From Frankiaceae bacterium (GTDB lineage: Bacteria; Actinomycetota; Actinomycetes; JAFAQI01): a stretch of 54,195 nucleotides of DNA. The position numbers and the translations under genes were made by a program. The stretch covers positions 1 to 54,195 of the forward strand of contig JAVEEG010000254.1 in NCBI GenBank assembly GCA_030840585.1, written 5' to 3'. The notes under the pieces are model-generated. The model searched no databases, had not been told where the DNA came from, and saw only the letters and a list, made by a program, of their open reading frames with translations. Positions 1 through 8,290 of this stretch are shown one piece after another. How positions within the stretch are numbered: the first letter of the stretch is position 1; each line of letters opens with the position of its first letter.

Positions 1-39
1 AGTGTGATGCCGAGGGCCCGGTAGAGTTCCGCGCGATCT

Positions 40-792
40 TTGCGATCGGCACGCTGCAGGAGTGCGGCGGTCCCGCCAACCTGGGTGAGCGCGGACGCAC
101 GCGCGCTGGCGGTTGGCGATCGCGTCTTCATCGTGGGAGGCGTCGGACCACAGGACGACCCCGCCTCGTCCACGGTGCTCGTCTTCGACACACACGAGAA
201 TCGATGGAGCAGCATCCGCGAGCTTGGCCCGACGTATGACACCGTGGCCGCCGGCAACGCGATAGTGACAGCAGAGGCGGAGCCGACGACGGGTCAGGTT
301 CTCCTTCAGCGAGTCGTGGATGGCACTCCATTGGCGCTGCCTCGCCCGGTCACCACATCGCGTCCCCACGCTCTCGGACTGGCGTTGCTGCCCGAGTCGG
401 CGAGACTGATTCTGACGATCACCGACAGCGAACTCGGGACGACCAGCCTGTTAGCCCTCGACCTGGCCTCACCTGGCGCGACGTGGAAGGGGGTCTCCAC
501 CGCCCCCGCGGAGACGTTTACGTCCCCCGTCGAGACCGAATCGACATTTCGCGGGACGCTTGCCGTGCTTTCGGGTGACCGCTTGCTATCGCTGACCCGG
601 TCCGGACTGTCGGTTGCACTACCCGGGCGCGCGACCAGGCTCAGTGCCGCCTTGTACAAGACTTGGGGCTACTGCGGTGCACAAGGCGCGTCGGTCTGGA
701 CCGGATCTGCCTTTCTGATGTGGGGCGGCCAGTCGTGCAGCGGAGGCTCTGCCGCTGAGACGGCGCAGGGTCTCGCCATCGACGTGCGCTAG
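40..792 (+). CDS. hypothetical protein with Kelch/beta-propeller-like blade motif; 5' end unresolved
   Basis: 250-aa ORF. 'DRVFIVGGVG...LVFDTHENRWSSI' looks like a Kelch blade. Third codon positions are mostly G/C. An in-frame TAG at 22-24 bounds the ORF, but frame 3 of nt 3-90 also looks coding, so the start may lie upstream or a frameshift may be present. Confidence 0.4.
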   Translation: MRSARCRSAAVPPTWVSADARALAVGDRVFIVGGVGPQDDPASSTVLVFDTHENRWSSIRELGPTYDTVAAGNAIVTAEAEPTTGQVLLQRVVDGTPLALPRPVTTSRPHALGLALLPESARLILTITDSELGTTSLLALDLASPGATWKGVSTAPAETFTSPVETESTFRGTLAVLSGDRLLSLTRSGLSVALPGRATRLSAALYKTWGYCGAQGASVWTGSAFLMWGGQSCSGGSAAETAQGLAIDVR

Positions 793-804
793 CAATCACT
801 ATCG

Positions 805-1863
805 TTAGGGCGCCTCAATCAGCACGTCAGGTGCTGGAATGCTCGGCGTTGATGTCCAGCCGATCGGGTCTTCGTCGTCTGTCATCGGTAGAGCGTGGAC
901 AGCATTCGCGCTGTCAATGAACACCAGACCGCCATCCTGGGCCGCAGGCACTTGTTCTACGGCACGAATGACACGTGCGGACTCAAGGACGCCGAACACA
1001 CTTAGCGCGGTGGTCGCCAAAATGATGCCCGCCGATTGTTCACCCGCGCTCGCGAGCACGCAGAACCCAACTACCGCCAGATAGCGAACGTAGCGCTCAC
1101 GCGGAGATCGCCAGAACCTGTAAGCAGCCTGCAGCGCCGATGTACGCACGAGTGAGCCAAACAGAGTGACCACGACCGCAGCGAGCAACCAGCCTCCATA
1201 TCCGCTACGAGACGGGCCGAACTCGGCTCCATAGGCGACGCCGCCGATGAGAAGCGTGTCGCCGGCGTGGCTCGCTATGCACGACAGCCAGCGCAAATGC
1301 GCGTCCCTCATATGCACGACACGTGCGAACGCTCCGTCGGCGATGTCGAGCGTCGCCGCGAGAGAGACCGCGACCAGCGCAAGCATGGGATGATCCGTGC
1401 CTAGCAGCCCCGCGCCAGCGATGGCACACAAAAATGCGCCCAGGATGGCCATCCGTCGTATGCGGCGTTGCAGCACGGGCTGCCGCCACGCTGGTTCAGC
1501 GACGTCTGGGTTCACATGCCGGGTGAGCAACCGTTCCAACAGGCGATCGGTCCAGAGTCGTTGTTCGCCCGACCGCCAAGCCCGCTCGGATTGGTCGCCG
1601 GTATACGCGCGGTAAACGACGTGCCGGAGTCCGCCCCGTGCAACCTCCCGGACGACGTTGTCCTCATCAAGCAAGAACTGTTGCAGGGCGACAACTGATT
1701 CATAGGCACGGGCGGCTCGCGCTTGCACCCGATGCAGTCGCTGGCCGGCTGATAGTTCCGTGCCAGATGGGACGGGCACCGCAAAGCCAAACTCAGCCGC
1801 TACCGCCCAGCCAATGCGGTCGTACGCCTCGTCGAAGGCGTCCGCCGAACTCTCACTAGTCAC
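805..1863 (-). CDS. polytopic membrane protein with a partial CDP-alcohol phosphatidyltransferase signature and a ~125-aa cytoplasmic N-domain
   Basis: 352-aa ORF. 'LDIADGAFAR' matches the first half of the DxxDGxxAR...GxxxDxxxD motif. Several hydrophobic helices follow residue ~135. The GTG start overlaps the upstream stop (GTGA at 1860-1863). Confidence 0.6.
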   Translation of the reverse strand: MTSESSADAFDEAYDRIGWAVAAEFGFAVPVPSGTELSAGQRLHRVQARAARAYESVVALQQFLLDEDNVVREVARGGLRHVVYRAYTGDQSERAWRSGEQRLWTDRLLERLLTRHVNPDVAEPAWRQPVLQRRIRRMAILGAFLCAIAGAGLLGTDHPMLALVAVSLAATLDIADGAFARVVHMRDAHLRWLSCIASHAGDTLLIGGVAYGAEFGPSRSGYGGWLLAAVVVTLFGSLVRTSALQAAYRFWRSPRERYVRYLAVVGFCVLASAGEQSAGIILATTALSVFGVLESARVIRAVEQVPAAQDGGLVFIDSANAVHALPMTDDEDPIGWTSTPSIPAPDVLIEAP

Positions 1864-2621
1864 GACTCATCCTCTTCCTCCCCCTCGGACGAGCGCCGGC
1901 GCGTCTCCTGTGATCGAACTGGGCCGCCGAGAAGCTTTTCGGCTAGGCGCCACAGCCGAGATCCCGGCTTCGCTCGTTGCTTGGCGATCTTCTCTGCGAG
2001 CCGTTGCTTCTCGGTCGGTGAGAAGACGAGGACGTCACAGGCGTCCGACACGTTCAGCCCAAACCGGTACTGCGTGATGACGATCTGGGCGACCTTCACG
2101 TCGTACGCCGAACCGTCCCGCTCGGCTTCCGCGAGGAACTCTTCCAGAAGTTCGCGAACATGTATCTCGTCTAGTCTTCGGTGGGCGAGGCGGTCGCCGA
2201 CGTCGTAGCCGTCAGGCAACAGACTGGCGTTCAGCGACCATCGAGGAGCAGTCCGGTAGATCGTTACCGCCTCGTTGCGCATCACCGCGATCACGAAGGC
2301 CAACGTCGAGTCGCGGCGAAGGTGCAGCCCCTCCCGAAGGGTAGAGAAGGCTTTGGCGATCACCCACCCGATCGCTGACTCTTGCTCCTGCCGATCTTGG
2401 ATCCGGCAAAGCAGCGGCCGGGCGAACCGCTTCAGGACCGTGAGGATCTCGGCCGTTGCATCATCGTCGTGGTCATACCGGCTTCGATCGACGAGCAAGT
2501 CGAGGCGCTTGCTCAACGCTCGGAACTCAGCGGGACTGAGCCCGTGATACGCGTCCTTTGGCAAGCGCGGTGACCCACCCCCCGCGCCAGGGGGAACCGG
2601 TGCTGCCACGCGACCTCCCAT
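1860..2621 (-). CDS. sigma-70/ECF-like DNA-binding protein (tentative)
   Basis: 253-aa ORF. ATG at 2621 is preceded by AGAGGTAGGA. It has a helical region 'ESAIGWVIAKAF...FVIAVMRNEAVTIYR' and a C-terminal HTH-like 'VITQYRFGLNVSDACDVLVFSPTEKQRLAEKI'. It is translationally coupled to 805..1863. Confidence 0.5.
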   Translation of the reverse strand: MGGRVAAPVPPGAGGGSPRLPKDAYHGLSPAEFRALSKRLDLLVDRSRYDHDDDATAEILTVLKRFARPLLCRIQDRQEQESAIGWVIAKAFSTLREGLHLRRDSTLAFVIAVMRNEAVTIYRTAPRWSLNASLLPDGYDVGDRLAHRRLDEIHVRELLEEFLAEAERDGSAYDVKVAQIVITQYRFGLNVSDACDVLVFSPTEKQRLAEKIAKQRAKPGSRLWRLAEKLLGGPVRSQETRRRSSEGEEEDES

Positions 2622-2786
2622 CTGACAAGAGTCCTACCTCTTATAGACGCAGTCCCTCTGGGTTTCTTGTCACCAACCTCCAAGATTCTTCCGAGACGGC
2701 AGCGCCCGCCAGAATTGCGATGCCCGGTGACAAATCCTCCAGCGCGATCGCGTCTCTACAGGGTGACGACTCATCTGGAGGGCGCC

Positions 2787-3542
2787 ATGTCCGCCTCGAA
2801 TGCCCGAGCGATCCGTCGCTCTTGGCCGCAATCGTTGCCTCCCAACTTCACGCTCATGACGCCAGACTTCGGCGACCAGCTGAGCGTTTCGCAGTTGCGC
2901 TTCGTCGTCGACGCGTTGCTCGACGGAGCGGTCGTGTTCCTGATGTCTGACTGTTCTTGGGCGGCGGTCGCAGACCCCCGGCACGCGGGCGGTGTTGCCC
3001 TACTCGATCGCCTGCTCGATCACGAAGGTCATCCGATACCCGTGACGGTTGCGGATGAGGCGCTAAGCGCAAGCGTGATTCGCTTCGACGAAGCCGTACG
3101 TGTGCTCACCGGGAAGTTCTGGCCAGGCGGTCTTGGTATCAAGACACGGCCGGCCACACGGCTCGCCCGCCGAATCAGCAAACGACTCCACAGTGGCGGC
3201 TCCGGAGTCGTGGTGCGAATGAGCAGGTCGATCATCGAGCGCCAAATCAGCGCAACCGCGAGGCTTCCCATTACGTCGGCGGCCTTGCGAGAAGGCGGAG
3301 CGCTAGTGACCGACGCAGCGCACGCGTTGGATGTCGTTGTTCGATTGGTCGAGGAGCGCGCGCCGCTCGGCCGTGTGATCTTCATCGTCGACCGGCGCCA
3401 GCGTGTCACGCTCCGCGACCACTCGACGATGATCATGTTGGACCACGGTGTCCGTCCCTTGCGCCACGGCTCGGTGGACGTTAGCGACGTTCAACGGGCC
3501 CTGCTTTCGAACGACGGCGTCGATTGGAGTGACGCCACGTGA
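2787..3542 (+). CDS. divergent YrdC/Sua5-domain protein
   Basis: Track ORF is 2667..3542. I chose the in-frame ATG at 2787, which sits 5 nt after GGAGG (2777-2781). 'FWPGGLGI', 'VVVRMSRS', 'LPITSAAL', 'HSTMIML' and 'LRHGSV' fall in the order of the YrdC-fold motifs (FWPGPLTL, vRvP, SAN, eSTvvd, RpG). Confidence 0.55.
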   Translation: MSASNARAIRRSWPQSLPPNFTLMTPDFGDQLSVSQLRFVVDALLDGAVVFLMSDCSWAAVADPRHAGGVALLDRLLDHEGHPIPVTVADEALSASVIRFDEAVRVLTGKFWPGGLGIKTRPATRLARRISKRLHSGGSGVVVRMSRSIIERQISATARLPITSAALREGGALVTDAAHALDVVVRLVEERAPLGRVIFIVDRRQRVTLRDHSTMIMLDHGVRPLRHGSVDVSDVQRALLSNDGVDWSDAT

Positions 3543-3792
3543 CGCAACCGCGTCGCCGCCACCTAGACGCGCCAGGTCTGGTCGCATGCGGGATTGGAGG
3601 CCGGCGGCGCTTGATGGTGCGCCGGGCGCGGGGCGCATTGCGACGAGCGGTGTTTAGCCGCTACTTGATCGCTCCCGCCACGGCCATCGCGAGCAAGCTG
3701 ACCGTGAACGTGCTGAGTGGACACCACCACTGAGTCCTCGGTGACATGAACACTTCGGTGGGGAGTGCACGATCAGTCGTTAACCTACATTC

Positions 3793-4791
3793 GTGACGAA
3801 AGGCGCTTCGGCTGGCGCCGGCAGTATGTCTCCCTACGAGCGCCGCCGATGGACCGAACTCGAAGACCACTGGGCGAAGGGCGGGGTTCGTCGACAGCTA
3901 TTTCCGGCGAAGGTGCGCGAGGCACTTAGCAGCGCGGGCGGGCAGTTCGTCGACGTCGGCGGACGCGCCGTCCAGCGCGTCGCAACTGCGGCGCCCGAAC
4001 CGGTCAAGAGCGCCGTTATATCGGCCCTGGACGCCACGCTCGTCCCGACGGCGAAGGCGATCGTCCACTTGCTCGAACTCGTCACCGACTGGTCGGTGGA
4101 ACTCACCGACCCACTGCGTGTCCTCGAACACCACCGAGTTCGGGGGCGTGACGTCGCGTCCCTCGAAGACCTCCGAGTGTTGGATCTTGAGAGACTCGAT
4201 GAGGTAACCCACAACCTTCCCCTGCGCTGGCGCTCGCTAGGTGCGGTCGAGGGTGCGACGGTTGGCGCCCTGGCCTTCCTGCCGGTGGGCGGTACCTTCG
4301 CGGCCATCACCCTGGACGTTCTCGTGGTGCACGTCCTGAGCACATCGATCGCTACTCGAGCGGCCCACGCTTACGGATTCGACCCCTCGTCATCGCAGAC
4401 GGAGCGAATGATCGACCGGATGGTACGGCGCGCCTACAGCGAGCAGGCCACGAAGGTCGCCACCCAGCGACAGGCGGGCTCCGCCTTCAGAGCCGCAGCC
4501 GGTCGCCAGCGCTGGAGCCAGAAGCTGCGCGAGGACCACCGTCTCCTCGCGGCCGTTGAGCGGCTCATGAAGCAGGCTGGCAGCGGGGCAAACGTGCCGG
4601 TCAGCCGCGCAACCAAAGCACTTCCCGCCATTGGGGTACTCGCTGGCGCCGGCATGAACTCCTATGTCCTAGGCGACGTCGCGAACCAGTCGATCCGGTA
4701 CGCCCAAACCGTGCTGCTCGCTGAGAAACACGGACTGCTGTTGCCCGTAAGACTCCGGCACGACGTTCTCGACGACCAGGACGAGACCTAA
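3793..4791 (+). CDS. EcsC-family-like protein
   Basis: 332-aa ORF. The C-terminal 'LPAIGVLAGAGMNSYVLGDVANQSIRYA' and the central 'GALAFLPVGGTFAAITLDVL' resemble EcsC family signatures. The start (GTG 3793 or ATG 3826) is uncertain. Confidence 0.5.
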   Translation: MTKGASAGAGSMSPYERRRWTELEDHWAKGGVRRQLFPAKVREALSSAGGQFVDVGGRAVQRVATAAPEPVKSAVISALDATLVPTAKAIVHLLELVTDWSVELTDPLRVLEHHRVRGRDVASLEDLRVLDLERLDEVTHNLPLRWRSLGAVEGATVGALAFLPVGGTFAAITLDVLVVHVLSTSIATRAAHAYGFDPSSSQTERMIDRMVRRAYSEQATKVATQRQAGSAFRAAAGRQRWSQKLREDHRLLAAVERLMKQAGSGANVPVSRATKALPAIGVLAGAGMNSYVLGDVANQSIRYAQTVLLAEKHGLLLPVRLRHDVLDDQDET

Positions 4792-4904
4792 GACACGTCG
4801 CGACCTCCTCCGCGGAGAGCACCGCGTCCGCCTTGCGCATGGACCACCGCTGCAGAGTGCGGAACGCAAGCGTCACTACCGAGCGAGAGGCGCGAGGACG
4901 CGCC

Positions 4905-5726
4905 CTACAACAATCGCTCAACTGCGTAACGGAGATATCCAGTCACGGCAAGGAGGCGAAAGCGCGAATCCTCTTGATCGGAGAGCCCCGGGTGTGACCC
5001 GCTGGCGTGCGAGAGCGCCCACAGACCCTTTGCGAACTCCTCTTCGCCCTTCACGAGGTGCCCTGCAGCCCGCAATGCGTCGACCGCACTCGGCACATTG
5101 CCAATTTGCTTGCCCGTAAGTTGTTGAGCAATCTCCGGCAGTGTCGCCTCGATCGAGCTCCGCAACTGTCCATTCGCCGCAGCCCAGTTGCCGTCCGAGA
5201 ACGATTCGACTGCTTGGCGGTAGTGACCCGCAGCGATGGGCAATCCCTTGTCGACCAATAGGCGCTCCAGCGCTGATGCCTCAGCGGGCAGGGCGAGTCC
5301 AGGCACAGTGGGAACGAGACGGCCCTCCTCCGAGTCCCATTCCAACCCATCTGCCTCGATCGCATTCTCAAGTTCGGACATCCACTCCGGCGTGCCCCAG
5401 CCTGAGCCACCCTTGGCCAATACCCGTTGCAACAGGTCGAGGGCGACCTTCTCCGCCTCGGGCCTACCGTCGTCGTGAAGGGCCTGTAACAACCACCGCG
5501 CACGCTTCTCCCGGCTCACGTCCGCACGCCCTATCCATGGTCGTGCCTCGACCTCCATGAACAGCGTGCCAAGTTCCCCCTGGCTGAAAGCGGTAGCCAT
5601 CGCGCGGGTCAGGATGCCGAGTGTCCGCTCACGGAGGATGAAGGTCACCCGCCTATCCTGCCCCCCGGAAAACGCATCTGACTTACCCGCGGGGTCGTGC
5701 GGTCGCCGAATTGCCCGTCGCGTCAC
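4905..5726 (-). CDS. hypothetical protein; the C-terminal four-helix region weakly resembles TIGR02391/Abi_C (HEPN-like) proteins
   Basis: 273-aa ORF with good GC3. 'AGHYRQAVESFSDGNW' and '...LSHASGSHPG...RFRLLAVTGYLRYAVERL' recall the Ymh-type layout. The start is uncertain (GTG 5648 after AGGA, or ATG 5600). Confidence 0.5.
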   Translation of the reverse strand: MTRRAIRRPHDPAGKSDAFSGGQDRRVTFILRERTLGILTRAMATAFSQGELGTLFMEVEARPWIGRADVSREKRARWLLQALHDDGRPEAEKVALDLLQRVLAKGGSGWGTPEWMSELENAIEADGLEWDSEEGRLVPTVPGLALPAEASALERLLVDKGLPIAAGHYRQAVESFSDGNWAAANGQLRSSIEATLPEIAQQLTGKQIGNVPSAVDALRAAGHLVKGEEEFAKGLWALSHASGSHPGLSDQEDSRFRLLAVTGYLRYAVERLL

Positions 5727-5898
5727 GAACCGTTCGCCGATTAGAGGCGCGTTCCGCTCCGCTCACCGCGCTCATCCGCCATAAGCCCGTGTCATGCCGC
5801 GAGCGAGAGCACCGCCTCTACCCAGCAGTTGCCGTGACCGGTCGCAGTTAGCGCGGGTATCGGGCCCCCGCTACTACTTCGCCCCCTACTCGCCCTCC

Positions 5899-5913
5899 AA
5901 TATGACGCATATT
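5899..5913. promoter_or_regulatory. palindrome AATATG-acg-CATATT in an AT-richer spacer upstream of 4905..5726
   Basis: Perfect 6-bp inverted repeat with a 3-bp spacer. It lies in the only AT-rich patch of the 5727-5985 intergenic region. Confidence 0.2.
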
Positions 5914-6061
5914 TCTAGGGGCAGATTGGGGAGGTCAATAGGAGCGTTCAGCAAGTAGAGCGACCGCACGGAAAGCGGCGGCGCGTCAGTCGATCCGATC
6001 TACCAACGACCTGATGTTGGCGACGCCGCTCAACTCTTCGCAGCGGGCAACCAACTCTTCC

Positions 6062-6727
6062 TCAAGCGCCGTGAGATGGCGGAGCGCACTGTGAACGCCG
6101 CCGGGACATCGCGGTGCGCACTTCGAGGCGGCTCTGCTCAATCGCAGCGGCCAGCAGGATGGCGAGGTGTTGCTTGTCGTCGGTCGGAGGGGCGACGCCG
6201 ACAACCGTGACCCGCCGCACCTGAGTTTCGACCAACGCTTCGGCCTCCACCACGGCGTTGGCGGCGACGGCAGCCGCTTGGAAGACGGCGTCCGCGGCCG
6301 TAGCTGCGGCGGCGAGGACTGCTTCGGCGACTTTCGAGGCGGCTTTGGAAGCGGCCTCGATCGCTGCTTGGGCGTCGACAGCTCCCGAGGCGGAGGCGCT
6401 GCGCCCGAGAGCCGTGGTCCGATCCCCGTGTACTGCAAGAGCAGCGTGCCTGGAGAGCTCCTTGACTGCCGACGCGGCCGCAAGCTGGGCTTGCGCTGCC
6501 ACCTGGCTGGCCTTCGCGGTCGCCTTCGCGGCTGCGGCGGTCGCGGTGGCGACCGCGGCTTCCGCCGTCGCCAGGGCTTCTGCGGCGACGTCCGCGGCCG
6601 CTGCGGCGGCAATGGCTTCGGCCGCGGCGACTGCCGCAGCCTGTGCTTCGGACTCCCACATAGGAGTGGCAACCGTAGCCAATGGCGCAGGGGCGATACC
6701 GACCTGCATGACGGCGATCTCTGACAC
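6062..6727 (-). CDS. alanine-rich helical protein; the reading frame probably continues to 5986 after a frameshift
   Basis: 221-aa ORF dominated by GCC/GCG Ala codons with interspersed E/K/Q/V (AEALATAEAAVATATAAAAKATAKASQVAAQAQ...). The mirror-strand ORF is rich in Cys/Trp/Ser and looks like a shadow. Confidence 0.45.
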   Translation of the reverse strand: MSEIAVMQVGIAPAPLATVATPMWESEAQAAAVAAAEAIAAAAAADVAAEALATAEAAVATATAAAAKATAKASQVAAQAQLAAASAVKELSRHAALAVHGDRTTALGRSASASGAVDAQAAIEAASKAASKVAEAVLAAAATAADAVFQAAAVAANAVVEAEALVETQVRRVTVVGVAPPTDDKQHLAILLAAAIEQSRLEVRTAMSRRRSQCAPPSHGA

Positions 6728-7092
6728 TTGGTGTCAACCCTCAACTAGTCGCCGAGAACCCCGGCATAGCCAGCATCGACGCCGCCCAAGTCAGAGTTGA
6801 GCCTTTGCGGTCACAAGACCCGAAAGCAACGTCGCCAACGGTGCGCGCCACGCTCGCGCGGTGCCAACGCTGACCATTCGGGCTGCGCGCGCGGGTGGTC
6901 GACAACCTCCAGGCAGTCATCGACTGGCTGCCGCAGATGGCTACGACCTGTCGGCGGTATCAGTCAGTACGACCTGTGTTCGCGGGCCGGAGGGCTCATC
7001 GTGTTCCGCGCTGCGCGAATCTGCCGACGTCCTTCGACGGTGCAAGCCGAGGCGGAGTGATGCCCGAGCGGTTCCGCGACCACGTACCCCAC

Positions 7093-8034
7093 CTACTCGG
7101 CGCTGCGATTGTGTCGCTGGGCGTACATGTCGGCGTCCGCTCGGCCGATCAGGTCCTCCAGTAACTCTTCCGGCGCAAGTTCCGCGAGCCCCGCGGTTAT
7201 GGACGCGCCGAGGGTTGCCGCGAGGCTGGCGTTCGCCGCTTCAAACCTTCGACGCGCCTCAGCCAGCCCGACGTCCGCGAGGCCACACAGGAACTCGTCG
7301 CCGCCGTAGCGGACTATCAGGTCGTAGTCGCGCACCACGCCCCGGACAGTTTCTACGACTTGCAGCAGCAGTCTGTCTCCGGCGGCATGGCCCTGCGAAT
7401 CGTTGCGCGCCTTCAGATCGTCGACATCGACGAAGGCCAAGACGAAGGATTTATGGGTCCTGTGTGCCTTCGTGACTTCGCGCTCGAGCTCCAGGAGGCC
7501 AGATTCGCGTCTATGGACACCTGTGAGCCCGTCAACGAGTTGTTCGGTTCGCTCACGTGCGGCATCAGCCCGGTCTGAGCGAGCAGCCTCCCGGTCGTCT
7601 TCCGCGTGCCTTCGGTCCCCGGCGCTCCGCTGTCGGTCCCGCTTGGCGCTAGCGCGGTCGGAAGCGGCTTCCGGGTCGACGCGCCGCGTCTTCTCTCGGG
7701 CTTCAGCCCGCACGTCCCGGGCGTCCGATCGGGCGTCTCGGCCAGCGGCCGTCTCGTCGTTGGCGGCGGACGTGCGGTCCCGGTGCTCCGCGGCGCCATC
7801 TCGGTCGTGCAGCGGGGCCTCCGATGTCACTGAGTGGTCACGGGCCCGCCCTTGCGTATGTAGCTCCGGCTGAGTTCGTTGATCTTGCTGGTGCGAACCG
7901 GCCGTAGTGGCCAGATCGCGAGTGACAACGTATAGGCACCACGTCGCTGGCTTTCTCCTCGCCCCCGACACCACAGTCGCGCGATCGCCAGTTCGCTCTC
8001 TCACCACTTCATACAGGTAGCGGCGTGGGTGCAT
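7093..8034 (-). CDS. diguanylate cyclase (GGDEF domain) with a charged RD/A-repeat N-terminal region
   Basis: 'DGLTGVHRRESG', 'FVDVDDLKARNDSQGHAAGD' and 'RYGGDEFLC' are present. The start is uncertain; GTG 7830 is possible. Confidence 0.85.
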   Translation of the reverse strand: MHPRRYLYEVVRERTGDRATVVSGARRKPATWCLYVVTRDLATTAGSHQQDQRTQPELHTQGRARDHSVTSEAPLHDRDGAAEHRDRTSAANDETAAGRDARSDARDVRAEAREKTRRVDPEAASDRASAKRDRQRSAGDRRHAEDDREAARSDRADAARERTEQLVDGLTGVHRRESGLLELEREVTKAHRTHKSFVLAFVDVDDLKARNDSQGHAAGDRLLLQVVETVRGVVRDYDLIVRYGGDEFLCGLADVGLAEARRRFEAANASLAATLGASITAGLAELAPEELLEDLIGRADADMYAQRHNRSAE

Positions 8035-8290
8035 CGCGGGTGTTCACTGTCGCGGTGATCCGCCGGGGGCTGGTTCGGGGCGGCGGTTGGTAGCGCTGGG
8101 TGCTGCCTTCGTCTTGAAGGCGAGTGCCCGCGAGTCCTTGCAGGTCACCGGGCGACCTGACACCAAAGGAGGGGATGGATAGCCAGGCATGGCTGCGTTG
8201 AGTGGGACCAAAGACCCTACTTAACTGTTGCTGGGCAGGTAGATCTGAGTTCGACGTCAGGTCCGTTGTACGTCCGTCGACAAGGCAGCC

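Noticed and set aside
6258-6800. Plus-strand alanine-rich ORF mirroring the minus-strand Ala-rich gene
   Set aside because: GCN periodicity makes both strands read as poly-Ala. The plus-strand product is enriched in Cys/Trp/Ser/Thr and ends in Arg/Pro junk, whereas the minus-strand product has a coherent A/E/K/Q helical composition. The strand choice is still not certain.
8035-8290. Possible c-di-GMP (GEMM) riboswitch in the spacer between the two c-di-GMP genes
   Set aside because: There is only a vague resemblance (gggaccaaagaccc versus GGGACGCAAAGCC). The hairpin at 8181-8194 (agcca-ggca-tggct) lacks a GNRA loop or receptor arrangement. That is not enough to call; cmsearch with RF01051/RF01786 would settle it.
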